The notes beneath the pieces are model-generated. The model saw only the letters and a list, made by a program, of their open reading frames with translations. It did no database searches and was not told the DNA's origin. DNA of 64,000 nt, from positions 301-64,300 of the forward strand of contig JAFBAP010000183.1 in assembly GCA_019247695.1 (NCBI GenBank). Reading direction: 5' to 3'. Below, one piece after another: positions 56,001-64,000 of the stretch; the first letter of the stretch is position 1; each line of letters opens with the position of its first letter. The stretch comes from Verrucomicrobiota bacterium. GTDB lineage: Bacteria > Verrucomicrobiota > Verrucomicrobiia > Chthoniobacterales > JAFAMB01. The translations under genes were made by a program, and so were the position numbers.

Positions 56001-56446
56001 GGTCTGTCCCTATCGATCCACGCCAACCAGCGACCGCGCTCCCGCGGGTCGCCCCAACCGAGGCCGGGCGCCGATAAAACATCGATCAATTAGGCCTGTC
56101 CGCATCGACGAATAATGGCCAGCTCCGGTAAGCGGGTCTGTCCCGGTCGCCCCACAAGACGTGCCCACCCGTATTACCCTCCCCGACTTGGGCGCAGCGC
56201 CGGGCCAAGGTTGGCCAAATGGGCCGATTTAGCCCGCTGGCGCTCCGGCTGCGCCGCCCCCGGGAAACCTCCGGTACGGGGACAGGCCAGATTATACGAC
56301 GGGGACAGGCCAGATGATACCAGGGAGCGGCCTACAAGGGCCAAGGCTCTCCTCCAGATCGGAAGAGCGGGTCCGTTCTTCCTTGGACCCTGGGCGTACA
56401 TAGGGACAGGCCCGTTTTTCTCCTAGGGACAGGTCCGTTTGTTTCC
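56001..56446. repeat. Noncoding tract with 7 copies of a GGGACAG(G/A)(C/T)C motif, including two 23-bp tandem pairs
   Basis: Minus-orientation copies are at 56001, 56093 and 56134. Plus-orientation copies occur inside the tandem pair ACGGGGACAGGCCAGAT(T/G)ATAC (56276, 56299) and the tandem pair TAGGGACAGG(C/T)CCGTTT(T/G)T(C/T)TCC (56401, 56424). Confidence 0.75.
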
Positions 56447-56592
56447 CGAGTGTGGAATGACGAAAGGCGCAATGACTTGGAGGTTTCTGCCTCGTAATCG
56501 CTGGCACCCGGCACAGTACCGCGGGTACCCCGGACCTAGTGCAATCTCGAAGGACGTGTTGTGAGAGTACCCGGGCCGTGGTAAGCTCGACG

Positions 56593-57696
56593 ATGGAGCC
56601 TCCGTTGTTTGTGCGGCCCTTGACGGCCGAAGAAGTCCAGCAGCTGCGCGCCGGCCTGCAGTCCCGGGACGCCTTCACGCTGCGTCGCTGCCAAATCCTG
56701 CGGGCCAGCGCCCAGGGCCAACGGCCGGCCCAAATCGCCGCCGCCCTGGGCTGCGCCTCCCAAACGGTGCGCAACACCCTCCACGCCTTCGAGCAGCAAG
56801 GGCCCGACTGCTTGACGCGGGGCTCCAGCCGGCCCCACTCGGCCCACCGGCTGCTGGACGCCCCGCGGGCCGAGCGCTTACGGGACTTGCTGCACCAAAG
56901 CCCGCGCGCCTTCGGCTACCCCCAGAGCCACTGGACGTTGCCACTGGCGGCCGAAGTGGCTTACCAGCAGGGGCTCAGCGAGCGGGTGTTGAGTGCTGAG
57001 ACGGTGCGGCAGGCCATCCAGCGGCTGCGCCTGGGCTGGAAGCGGGCCAAGCAGTGGATCACGAGCCCCGACCCGGCCCACGAGCGAAAAAAAAAGCCCG
57101 GGCGCGGCTCTTGAGGTTAGCTGAGGCGCACCCCGACTGGGTGGTGGGTTTTGTCGATGAGACCTGGTGGAGCCGGTTGGCCCGCCCGGCGCTGCACGCC
57201 TGGAGCGGGCCGGAAGGGCCCTTGCGGTTAGAAGAACTTCAGGCCGACAAGGACGACCCGGACCCTAAAGCCCTCTGCTGTTACGGGTTGTTGCGGGCCG
57301 ACACCGAGGCCATCTGGCTGCGCTTCGTGCAAGGCCGGCCGGTTAGTCAGGTCACCGAGGATTTCCTGGGCTGGGCCTGCGAGCGGTTGGCCGCCGAAGG
57401 GCGCCGGGCCCTCTTGTTAGTTTGGGACAACGCGGCCTGGCACAAGAGGAGAGCGGGTGCGCGCCTGGATTCGGGCGCAAAACCGGCGGCTCAAACGCGA
57501 AGGGCGCGTGCGCATCGTGGTTTGCGCCTTGCCGATCAAGAGCCCGTGGCTCAACCGGATCGAGCCTTACTGGGTGCACGGCAAACGCGCCATCCTCGAA
57601 GCGGACCGCAAAGTGACGGCGGCCGAAACCATCGAGCGGGTCTGCGCTTACTTCGGCTGCGAAAGCTTCCCGCCGCTTGCCCAACAGCTCAATTGA
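56593..57696 (+). pseudogene. IS630-family transposase split over three reading frames
   Basis: Frame 1 (56593-57114) holds the HTH part. Frame 0 (to ~57445) holds the first two DDE residues. Frame 1 again (57457-57696) holds the final E. The first shift is at an A9G run; the second has no slippery motif. Confidence 0.7.
57087..57096 (+). promoter_or_regulatory. Candidate -1 programmed frameshift site (A AAA AAA AAG) in the IS630 transposase
   Basis: An A9G run lies exactly where frame 1 (ERKKKPGRGS*) must change to the -1 frame (RAKKKARARLL...) to continue the transposase. Confidence 0.5.
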
Positions 57697-57885
57697 AACT
57701 GCACTAGGGCAGGGCAGGAACGTTTGTCCCCGCCCCCTTACTCTGCAGACGCGGCGCTTGGGTTGAAGCGGCTCAGGGGCCAGACGAGAGCGCCATGATG
57801 ACTCCACACCGCTCGCGGATTAGAGGAATCCGTTTCGCGCAGGGTGTAAATTATCCGTTTGATCCGCAGCGTGTATTAGTTATTT

Positions 57886-58644
57886 ATGCAAGCCTTTTTC
57901 GGTACCCGCCTGCTCTGCCTCTTTCTTTTGTTTATCTCCCCTGCCCTTTCCGTTCATGCTGAGGATTTCGGATCCGCCCTGGCCAGGGTCGACCAACTCG
58001 AAGATCGGGGTGAATTAAAGCCGGCTCTCGAAATTCTTGAGGAGCTCAATCGGACTCACCCGGACAACCCGTCCGTGCTTTACCGATTTTCTAATGTGTA
58101 CGCAGACCTGGTGGACACCGCGCCGGAAAAAGAACAGAGAACGCTTGCGAAACAGGCGCTGACCTACGCGCAACGTGCGGTAACGGGGGCGCCCTACGAT
58201 GCAAAAGCGCACCTTGCGCTCGCCATCGCCTACGGCAAGATGGCCGACTTCGTCGATAACCGAACGAAAATGGAATACTCGAAGTACGTTAAGTCGGAGG
58301 CGGAACGAGCGGTCCGGCTGGACCCGAAACTCGACGATGGATACGAGGTTCTGGCGCGTTGGCACTTCGAGATGGCGACGCTGAACCCGATCCTGGCCGG
58401 AATTGCCAGGATCCTTTACGGGGATTTGCCCCCCGCGTCGAAGGAGCAAGCCTTCGAAAATTTCAACAAAGCCATCGCGATCTCGCCGAACAACATCGGC
58501 TACCATGCCGAGTACGCCAAAGCTTTGGAGAAGAGTGGTCAGGTTCAGGCGGCGAAAGCCGAGTGGCGCAAGGTTCTCCAACTCCCGCCGCAGGACGATG
58601 AAGACCGCCGTTACCAGCGCGAAGCAGCCGCCAAACTGCGTTAA
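57886..58644 (+). CDS. Secreted TPR-like protein, RMD/FAM82-like (paralog 1)
   Basis: Signal peptide MQAFFGTRLLCLFLLFISPALSVHA. ARWHFEMATLNPILAGIARILYGDLPPASKEQAFENFNKAI resembles the regulator-of-microtubule-dynamics family (recognised from memory). Confidence 0.65.
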   Translation: MQAFFGTRLLCLFLLFISPALSVHAEDFGSALARVDQLEDRGELKPALEILEELNRTHPDNPSVLYRFSNVYADLVDTAPEKEQRTLAKQALTYAQRAVTGAPYDAKAHLALAIAYGKMADFVDNRTKMEYSKYVKSEAERAVRLDPKLDDGYEVLARWHFEMATLNPILAGIARILYGDLPPASKEQAFENFNKAIAISPNNIGYHAEYAKALEKSGQVQAAKAEWRKVLQLPPQDDEDRRYQREAAAKLR

Positions 58645-58693
58645 AGGCCACCTTCACGGACACCCAGTCCCCCGCGGCGCCGCCATTCATGCG

Positions 58694-59059
58694 TCAACGC
58701 ACGTTGTCGCGCCTGCCGAACAGCACGGACAACCACCCCAGCAACATCCCGATTCCGCCAAAGGGTGTAATTGCCCCAAAGGCCGAAATGCGGGTGACCG
58801 CGAGAAGGTACAATGAACCGCTAAAGATTACCACGCCCAGAAAAAAGGACCAGAAAGTCAATCGTGAAATGGCGGCCTGCCCGGAGATGGCCAGGAGGGC
58901 CACAGCATGCACCAAGTGGTAAAGTACGGCTGTTTGCCAGACCGGCATCATACCTGCTGCCTCCAGGCTGGGATGCAACGCGTGCGCACCGAAGGCACCC
59001 AACAGCACCCCAAAGAAACCGAGTACAGCCGTCAATTTTCTTGCTAGTTGGACGTTCAT
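58694..59059 (-). CDS. DUF423 (YgdD-like) small membrane protein
   Basis: 121 aa, 4 TM. GAFGAHAL...AVLYHLVHAVALL is typical of DUF423. Confidence 0.8.
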   Translation of the reverse strand: MNVQLARKLTAVLGFFGVLLGAFGAHALHPSLEAAGMMPVWQTAVLYHLVHAVALLAISGQAAISRLTFWSFFLGVVIFSGSLYLLAVTRISAFGAITPFGGIGMLLGWLSVLFGRRDNVR

Positions 59060-59081
59060 TAGACGTTGGATTAAGGATCAA

Positions 59082-59858
59082 ATGAGGCACTTATACCTTT
59101 TTGTGTTCAGTTTCGCTTTGCTGACAAGACTCGCCGCCGCCGCAGCAGCAACAACAACATCAGCAGCAGCAGATCTCGCTGCCAATCTCGCGCAGGCGGA
59201 TCAAGCCGAGCAAGCCGGCGAAACTGACCGCGCCATCGAGATTCTCAAAAGAGCGGAAAACCAGGATCCGGGTAACGCCCAAATCGAAAAACGGCTCAGC
59301 CGCCTGTACAGCTGGAAGATCGAAGACACAAACATTCCCGGCGAACGGAAAAATTACGCGGATCTGGCAGTTAGGCTGGGTGAGAATGCCGTCCGCAAGC
59401 TTCCCGGCGATCCGCAGGCCCACATCGCGCTGGCCGCAGCCTACGGCGAGATCTGCGACATGCTGGACGGCCGCACCCGAGTTGAATACTCCAAACGGGT
59501 TTACCATGAAGTCACGCGCGGACTGCAACTGGACCCGTCCAACGATTACGGGCACCTGATTCTGGCGCGTTGGAATTTTGAAATGGCGAACACCAACCCG
59601 ATCCTACGCGGGATCGCCCAGGTGGTTTATGGGCAGTTCCCCCCTGCCTCCAAGGAAGAGGCGATCGAGAATTTTAGAAAGGCGATTGCGTTGGCGCCCA
59701 ATCGTATCATCCACCACGCCGAGTACGCCAAAGTTCTCGAGGCCATGGGCAATATGCCGGCGGCCCGGGAGCAATGGCAAAAAGTGTCGGAACTAAAGCC
59801 GGTCGACGCGCAGGACCGTCGCTACCAAACCTTGGCGGCGGCTCGTTTGGGCAGATAA
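59082..59858 (+). CDS. Secreted TPR-like protein, RMD/FAM82-like (paralog 2)
   Basis: Collinear with 57886..58644 (ARWNFEMANTNPILRGIAQVVYGQFPPASKEEAIENFRKAI). The N-terminus has an Ala/Thr run after the signal peptide. Confidence 0.65.
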   Translation: MRHLYLFVFSFALLTRLAAAAAATTTSAAADLAANLAQADQAEQAGETDRAIEILKRAENQDPGNAQIEKRLSRLYSWKIEDTNIPGERKNYADLAVRLGENAVRKLPGDPQAHIALAAAYGEICDMLDGRTRVEYSKRVYHEVTRGLQLDPSNDYGHLILARWNFEMANTNPILRGIAQVVYGQFPPASKEEAIENFRKAIALAPNRIIHHAEYAKVLEAMGNMPAAREQWQKVSELKPVDAQDRRYQTLAAARLGR

Positions 59859-59872
59859 ACTGGCGTGCCCTT

Positions 59873-60742
59873 TCACTCAACCGTTTCCAGGAGGGCACGG
59901 TAAGCTGCCAGGACGCCTGCCCGCACCGGCTGAGCTCTTTCCGCCAAGTGGCGCTGCAAACGAACGTATTCACCCCGGCCATCACTGGTTTCCAGGGGGA
60001 TCGGCTCGTACCCTAACGGCTTCAAGTCATACGGGCTTGCGCGCATATCGATCTCCCGCGCGGCCACCGCGAGCAGGAACGCGTCGGCGAGCAATTCGCC
60101 CGCTAACCAAGGGTAAACTTTATAGCAGAACCGGTATAGATCCATGTTCACGTGAATGCACCCGCGCTGGTCGTGTGCCGTGGTGGTGTCACGGCTCAGG
60201 GCAAGCTCGTTTCGCGGCAGGGCTGCGCCGGTAAAAAAGCGATAAGCGTCGTAATGGGTGCAACACAGGGCTTGTTCTTCCAAAACCCGCTCAAGCTCAC
60301 CGGCAGCCAACCGGAGATTCATCTGGGAATGCCGCGTTCCCCGGCTGCGGTAAACCATCGCCCACTCATGCAAGCCGAGACACGCAAAGGCGGGTGGCCG
60401 CGCACTGGTCGTTGTCAGAAAATGCGCAGCCCACCGCAGGTAATCGAGGCGCGCAGCCGGAAACGGCGCCACGCGAACCCCGCCCGCAACCTCCATAAAA
60501 CCTTTCCTCCCCGCAAACGCCGGACCCGCCCGCGATCCGCCCAGCACCACGCCCGGTCCGGGGCTCCAGCGCAGCAGCGAACCGGGCCGGAACGAGTAGT
60601 ATTCGAACAGAAAATCGTAAATGGGATGTTTTTCCTGGCGCGACTTTCGTGCGAGGGCAGGCAGCACGTACGGTTCGAGGCGGAGCCGATGCCGCTGCAT
60701 CCGTTCCATCCACTCGTCTTCACCCCAAACCGTGCACGTCAT
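59873..60742 (-). CDS. Conserved hypothetical protein (family sometimes annotated 3-methyladenine DNA glycosylase-like)
   Basis: 289 aa. The HPIYDFLFEYYSFRPGSLLRWSPG block is recalled from a widespread uncharacterised family; the function is not supported by the sequence alone. Confidence 0.5.
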   Translation of the reverse strand: MTCTVWGEDEWMERMQRHRLRLEPYVLPALARKSRQEKHPIYDFLFEYYSFRPGSLLRWSPGPGVVLGGSRAGPAFAGRKGFMEVAGGVRVAPFPAARLDYLRWAAHFLTTTSARPPAFACLGLHEWAMVYRSRGTRHSQMNLRLAAGELERVLEEQALCCTHYDAYRFFTGAALPRNELALSRDTTTAHDQRGCIHVNMDLYRFCYKVYPWLAGELLADAFLLAVAAREIDMRASPYDLKPLGYEPIPLETSDGRGEYVRLQRHLAERAQPVRAGVLAAYRALLETVE

Positions 60743-60930
60743 CAGAAGTTTTTAGGGCCATCCGGCACCAACGGCAAACGCGCCGTCGAACCGGCTCGTT
60801 CGTCGCAACGGCGCAGACCGCCCCATCCCGCCGCTTGGTTCCCGCTCCAAAGCCGGCGGGCGCGTACTGGTGCGGTGTCCCGCACAATACGCTTGATTAA
60901 TTGACCCGGGCACGGAATGCTCCGTCGAGC

Positions 60931-62505
60931 ATGCAGTTTACCTATGACGTCGCGGTGATCGGGGGCGCGATAGCAGGTGCCTCTGCCGCTTTCCTGCTAA
61001 AGCATCAGCACCCTGACTTGCGCGTCTTGATCATCGAAAAATCGACCGAATTTGACCGTAAAGTCGGGGAATCGACCAGTGAAGTCAGCGCCAGCTTCCT
61101 GAGCCGGGTGCTCAACCTGGCCCAACACCTCGGTCACGAGCAATTGACGAAGTCCGGACTGCGTTTTTGGTTTTACCGGCAACCAGCCGATAACTTCGAC
61201 CGCTGCGCCGAACTCGGACCGCTGTACCAGACGCGGCTTCCGACTTTTCAACTGGACCGTTCCAAGCTTGATCAGGTGATCCTGGAGAAAGCCGCGGCCG
61301 CCGGCTGCGAACTCTGGCGCCCTGCAAAAATCAAAGATTTATCCCTGGGGGGTGAGGGCCGCAATCAGATCACCGTACGCGTTGGGGAGGAGATGCGCAC
61401 GGTTACGGCCCGGTGGGTCATTGACGGGACTGGCCGTGCAACCATCATCGCGCGAAAGTTAAAGCTCTTCCGTTCTCTTGAAGAGCTTCCGACCAACGCG
61501 GTCTGGGCGCGCTTCAAAGGGGTGACCGACATCGACGGCCTTCAACTCTGGGACGAACGCCCCGATTTTGCCCATTCTTGCAGGGTCATGCGCCAGTGGG
61601 CAACCAACCATCTGATGGGGTACGGCTGGTGGTGCTGGATCATCCCACTTCGAGGCGGAGATTTCAGCGTCGGGATCGTTTACGATCAGCGGATTTATGA
61701 ATTGCCCCCCGGTCCGACCTTGGCCGACCGGTTGAAAGCGCACCTGCTGACCCACCCGCTGGGCCGGAAGCTCTTTGCAAACGCACAGCATATTGAGAAC
61801 GACGTTCGCGCCTATTCGCAGCTTCCCTTTTACAGCGAGCAAACGATGGGGGACGGTTGGATCCTGGTGGGGGACGCGGCCGGATTCCTGGATCCTCTTT
61901 ACAGCCCGGGGCTCGACATGGTGGCCTTCACGGTCAGTGCTGCCGTGGACCTGGTGGCAGACGCATTGGTGGGCCGGGATATTTCGGCCCGGCGAGACGC
62001 TTACAACCGGTCTTACCAAGAACAATATCGCACCTGGTTCGAAGGGGTCTATAAAGACAAGTATTATTACATGGGCGATGCCGAGCTCATGACCATCGCG
62101 TTCCTGCTGGACGTGGGCTGCTACTTTATCGGTCCGGTGCGCCAGGTTTACGGCCGCTGCCCGAAACGTTACACCATTTTTCCCTATACCGGGCCGATCG
62201 GTTCGTCGGTGGGCAGGTTTATGCGACTCTACAATCGCCGCTTGGTCGCGATCGCAAAACGGCGGTACGCGGCCGGTATTTACGGTTCCGCCAACCTTGA
62301 CCGCCGGCTTCTGCTTCCCGGCTTTAGCCCGGACCACACGAGTTTCAAATTCATCCGTCTTGGAGTACGCAAGTGGCTCAGGGCCGAGTGGCAACATCGT
62401 TTTACCCGAATTTCCAAGGGGACCGGCAGCCAGTCTGGAAAAGGGGACCACGGCCAGCCCTCAGAAACGCCAAGCGCTGCGTCCGGGACAGTAAAACAAG
62501 CCTGA
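60931..62505 (+). CDS. FAD-dependent oxidoreductase with flavin-dependent-halogenase signature motifs
   Basis: ATG at 60931. Has GxGxxG-type DVAVIGGAIAGASAA, the WxWxIP motif (WWCWIIP), and FxxPxxSxG (GDAAGFLDPLYSPGLD). Confidence 0.75.
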   Translation: MQFTYDVAVIGGAIAGASAAFLLKHQHPDLRVLIIEKSTEFDRKVGESTSEVSASFLSRVLNLAQHLGHEQLTKSGLRFWFYRQPADNFDRCAELGPLYQTRLPTFQLDRSKLDQVILEKAAAAGCELWRPAKIKDLSLGGEGRNQITVRVGEEMRTVTARWVIDGTGRATIIARKLKLFRSLEELPTNAVWARFKGVTDIDGLQLWDERPDFAHSCRVMRQWATNHLMGYGWWCWIIPLRGGDFSVGIVYDQRIYELPPGPTLADRLKAHLLTHPLGRKLFANAQHIENDVRAYSQLPFYSEQTMGDGWILVGDAAGFLDPLYSPGLDMVAFTVSAAVDLVADALVGRDISARRDAYNRSYQEQYRTWFEGVYKDKYYYMGDAELMTIAFLLDVGCYFIGPVRQVYGRCPKRYTIFPYTGPIGSSVGRFMRLYNRRLVAIAKRRYAAGIYGSANLDRRLLLPGFSPDHTSFKFIRLGVRKWLRAEWQHRFTRISKGTGSQSGKGDHGQPSETPSAASGTVKQA

Positions 62506-62772
62506 TGTTGCTGGTCGTGCCCAACTTGCGGAATCGACCGCACCCATCCCCCGTCAACCAACCACCGCAATTTTGTCACCGTCATCGAATCGTCTGATCG
62601 TCGTCAAAGCGACGGATTGTCACGTGTTTCCAAACCACGGTGCTTCAGAAGTGGCCGTTCCGACGCCCTCCCGGACCAGGTTCGCTTGAGGGCCGGCTTC
62701 AGAGAGACCGTTGCGGCTCCGACCGGCAGAGCGGTTCGCTTACCTCGAAACACCCATTTTTCTTTCGTTGCT

Positions 62773-64000
62773 ATGGCCAAAGATTTCAAACCTACCGTTG
62801 AGGCCCTCCGGCAGATGACGGAGAAGGCTAAAGCGGGACGGCTCGCCGCAGCTGATGAGCAAGCCGGGGCCTCCTCGTTCCGCGATTTAGTCCTCGGCGG
62901 CGGTAAAGCTCTCGCGGCGGCGCTTGAGTTACTCAATGAAGTGCCCTGGTACATTTCCGTGAACGGGACAGTTGACGCGTGGGCGCACCTCACCCCGGCG
63001 CGGAAACGCAGTTTTCTGGCTGCGTTGCGCCCTCTGCAGGCCGAGGTGGCCCTGCGGATGCGGTTAAGCATTGCCCGCGGGCTTTTCAAGGTTGACCCGG
63101 AAAGCGCTCTTAAGTTGATCGTCAGCACCCTGGGGGAAATGCACAAGAGCGGGAACTTACAAGGCCGTGACCGGTCTGCGGTAGCCAACGTGCTGATCGG
63201 GAAAACGAAGCCTTGGCTGTTCCAGCTTGACTTGTCCAAGTTGAGAGCCGCCGACGCAAAGCTCATTGCCGTCTGTGCGCTGGAAGCGTGTACGGTTGCA
63301 AGTCCGCCCGCAGCCTTTGCGGTGATTGAATGGGCCAAACCGTACGCGGCGGTATCAGCCCTGAACGAGGAGGCACGGTCTGAATTGGCGAAAGTCCTGG
63401 CGAAATGGTCAGGCCGCTGGCAGAAACAAATCGCCAAGCTCGACCTTCCGGACGACGTGCGTGCGCAGGTCGGCAGTGCAAAAAGCGCTCAGCCGCAACC
63501 TGCCGCGCCGGATCCCGCACCCGCCAACCCGGCTTCCGTGCCGCCGCCTTCCGCTGATCCGGATGCGCCGGCTCCGGCCGAACCGCAACCGCCTGCATCA
63601 CGCGAGAAAGCGGCCAAGCCCACGAACCCCCGTCACGCGGCCCGGCCGGCACCGGCTCAAAAGACTCCTCAGAAACCGGCTGGGAGAGAAAACCAAAACC
63701 TGGTGATTTCCGATTTGCTCCGGCAAGTCGAACACCGGTTCGAACAAGTAAAAGGGGAATTGCAGGCTGCACGGCAGCAACTTCGCAACCTTACCCCCGT
63801 GAACGGTTCGAGCAGCGGCGGGGCCGCCGGGGCGCACGCGCCGGAGCTCCAGAAGCTGCGGGAAGAGAACTCGCGCCTGACCGAAGAGATTCGGCAACTG
63901 CGTGGAATCCTGGATGAACTGGCGGCAGACCGGTTCGACGTGGCCGTCAGCCGCCGCGCCGATACCGAGCAGCCTGACAATGACCCGCTGTCTCAGTACC
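62773..64000 (+). CDS. Hypothetical protein (5' part; runs off the window) with Pro-rich linker and coiled-coil segment
   Basis: Hand translation from ATG 62773 stays open to position 64000 (MAKDFKPTVEALRQMTEKAKAGRL...PQPAAPDPAPANPASVPPPSADPDAPAPAEPQPP...LQKLREENSRLTEEIRQLRGILDEL). Not in the ORF track because it has no stop in the window. Confidence 0.6.
   Translation, partial: MAKDFKPTVEALRQMTEKAKAGRLAAADEQAGASSFRDLVLGGGKALAAALELLNEVPWYISVNGTVDAWAHLTPARKRSFLAALRPLQAEVALRMRLSIARGLFKVDPESALKLIVSTLGEMHKSGNLQGRDRSAVANVLIGKTKPWLFQLDLSKLRAADAKLIAVCALEACTVASPPAAFAVIEWAKPYAAVSALNEEARSELAKVLAKWSGRWQKQIAKLDLPDDVRAQVGSAKSAQPQPAAPDPAPANPASVPPPSADPDAPAPAEPQPPASREKAAKPTNPRHAARPAPAQKTPQKPAGRENQNLVISDLLRQVEHRFEQVKGELQAARQQLRNLTPVNGSSSGGAAGAHAPELQKLREENSRLTEEIRQLRGILDELAADRFDVAVSRRADTEQPDNDPLSQY

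Larger units (their letters stand above)
56539..57704 (+). mobile_element. IS630-family insertion sequence (1166 bp) flanked by a TA duplication
   Basis: Ends are GTGCAATCTCGAA... and ...TTGAAACTGCAC (imperfect inverted repeats), flanked by TA at 56537-38 and 57705-06. Encodes an HTH plus DDE transposase (VDETW, VWDNAAWH, PIKSPWLNRIEPYW). Confidence 0.85.

Noticed and set aside
56115-56426. ORFs inside the RAYT / IS630 gap (56115..56426 plus strand, 56292..56777 minus strand).
   Set aside because: They have no family resemblance and overlap the GGGACAG repeat arrays and the IS end. Their composition is that of translated noncoding high-GC DNA.
62604-63437. A 277-aa minus-strand ORF listed in the track.
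   Set aside because: It is antisense to a longer, uninterrupted and more protein-like plus-strand frame (62773 to the window end). Its product is Ala/Ser/Arg-rich without motifs.

Overview
This is a high-GC bacterial chromosomal segment. The taxon cannot be determined from the sequence; the exosortase/PEP-CTERM content fits a Gram-negative soil or aquatic lineage such as Verrucomicrobiota, but that is a guess.

Layout:
- (1) ~0.2-39.4 kb: one very large exopolysaccharide (EPS) locus. It holds about 16 glycosyltransferases (7 GT2, 6 GT4, 3 unclassified GT-A-like), two pyruvyl transferases, a WcaF-like acetyltransferase, an exosortase-EpsI fusion with an adjacent PEP-CTERM protein and a TPR protein, and an ABC-2 (Wzm-like) permease with no ATPase partner. 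It also has a Wzy/O-antigen-ligase-like membrane protein, a priming sugar-phosphate transferase, an outer-membrane beta-barrel candidate, a Wza-like exporter, a Wzc-like tyrosine kinase co-polymerase, two paralogous secreted proteins of unknown family, and an embedded hicAB toxin-antitoxin pair.
- (2) 39.7-44.1 kb: a minus-strand carotenoid operon (polyprenyl synthase, crtI, crtB, acyltransferase).
- (3) 44.5-54.9 kb: housekeeping genes (thiH-thiS, dnaG, rpoD, lipA, rpsI-rplM, photolyase).
- (4) 54.9-57.7 kb: mobile DNA. A RAYT-like HUH transposase, a 450-bp noncoding tract full of GGGACAG-type repeats, and a 1166-bp IS630-family element with a TA duplication and a frameshifted transposase.
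- (5) 57.9-64.0 kb: two paralogous TPR/RMD-like secreted proteins flanking a DUF423 gene, a halogenase-like flavoprotein, and an open frame running off the window that is absent from the ORF track.

The most unusual signal not explained by genes is a family of composite intergenic repeats at 18.6, 44.1 and 52.3 kb. They are built from nested inverted arrays of tandem 7-mers and 9-mers around a conserved 99-nt core. One copy has 46-nt terminal inverted repeats, and another generates a spurious 753-aa ORF.

No rRNA, tRNA or CRISPR array was found. Many long antisense ORFs in the track are high-GC shadow frames.
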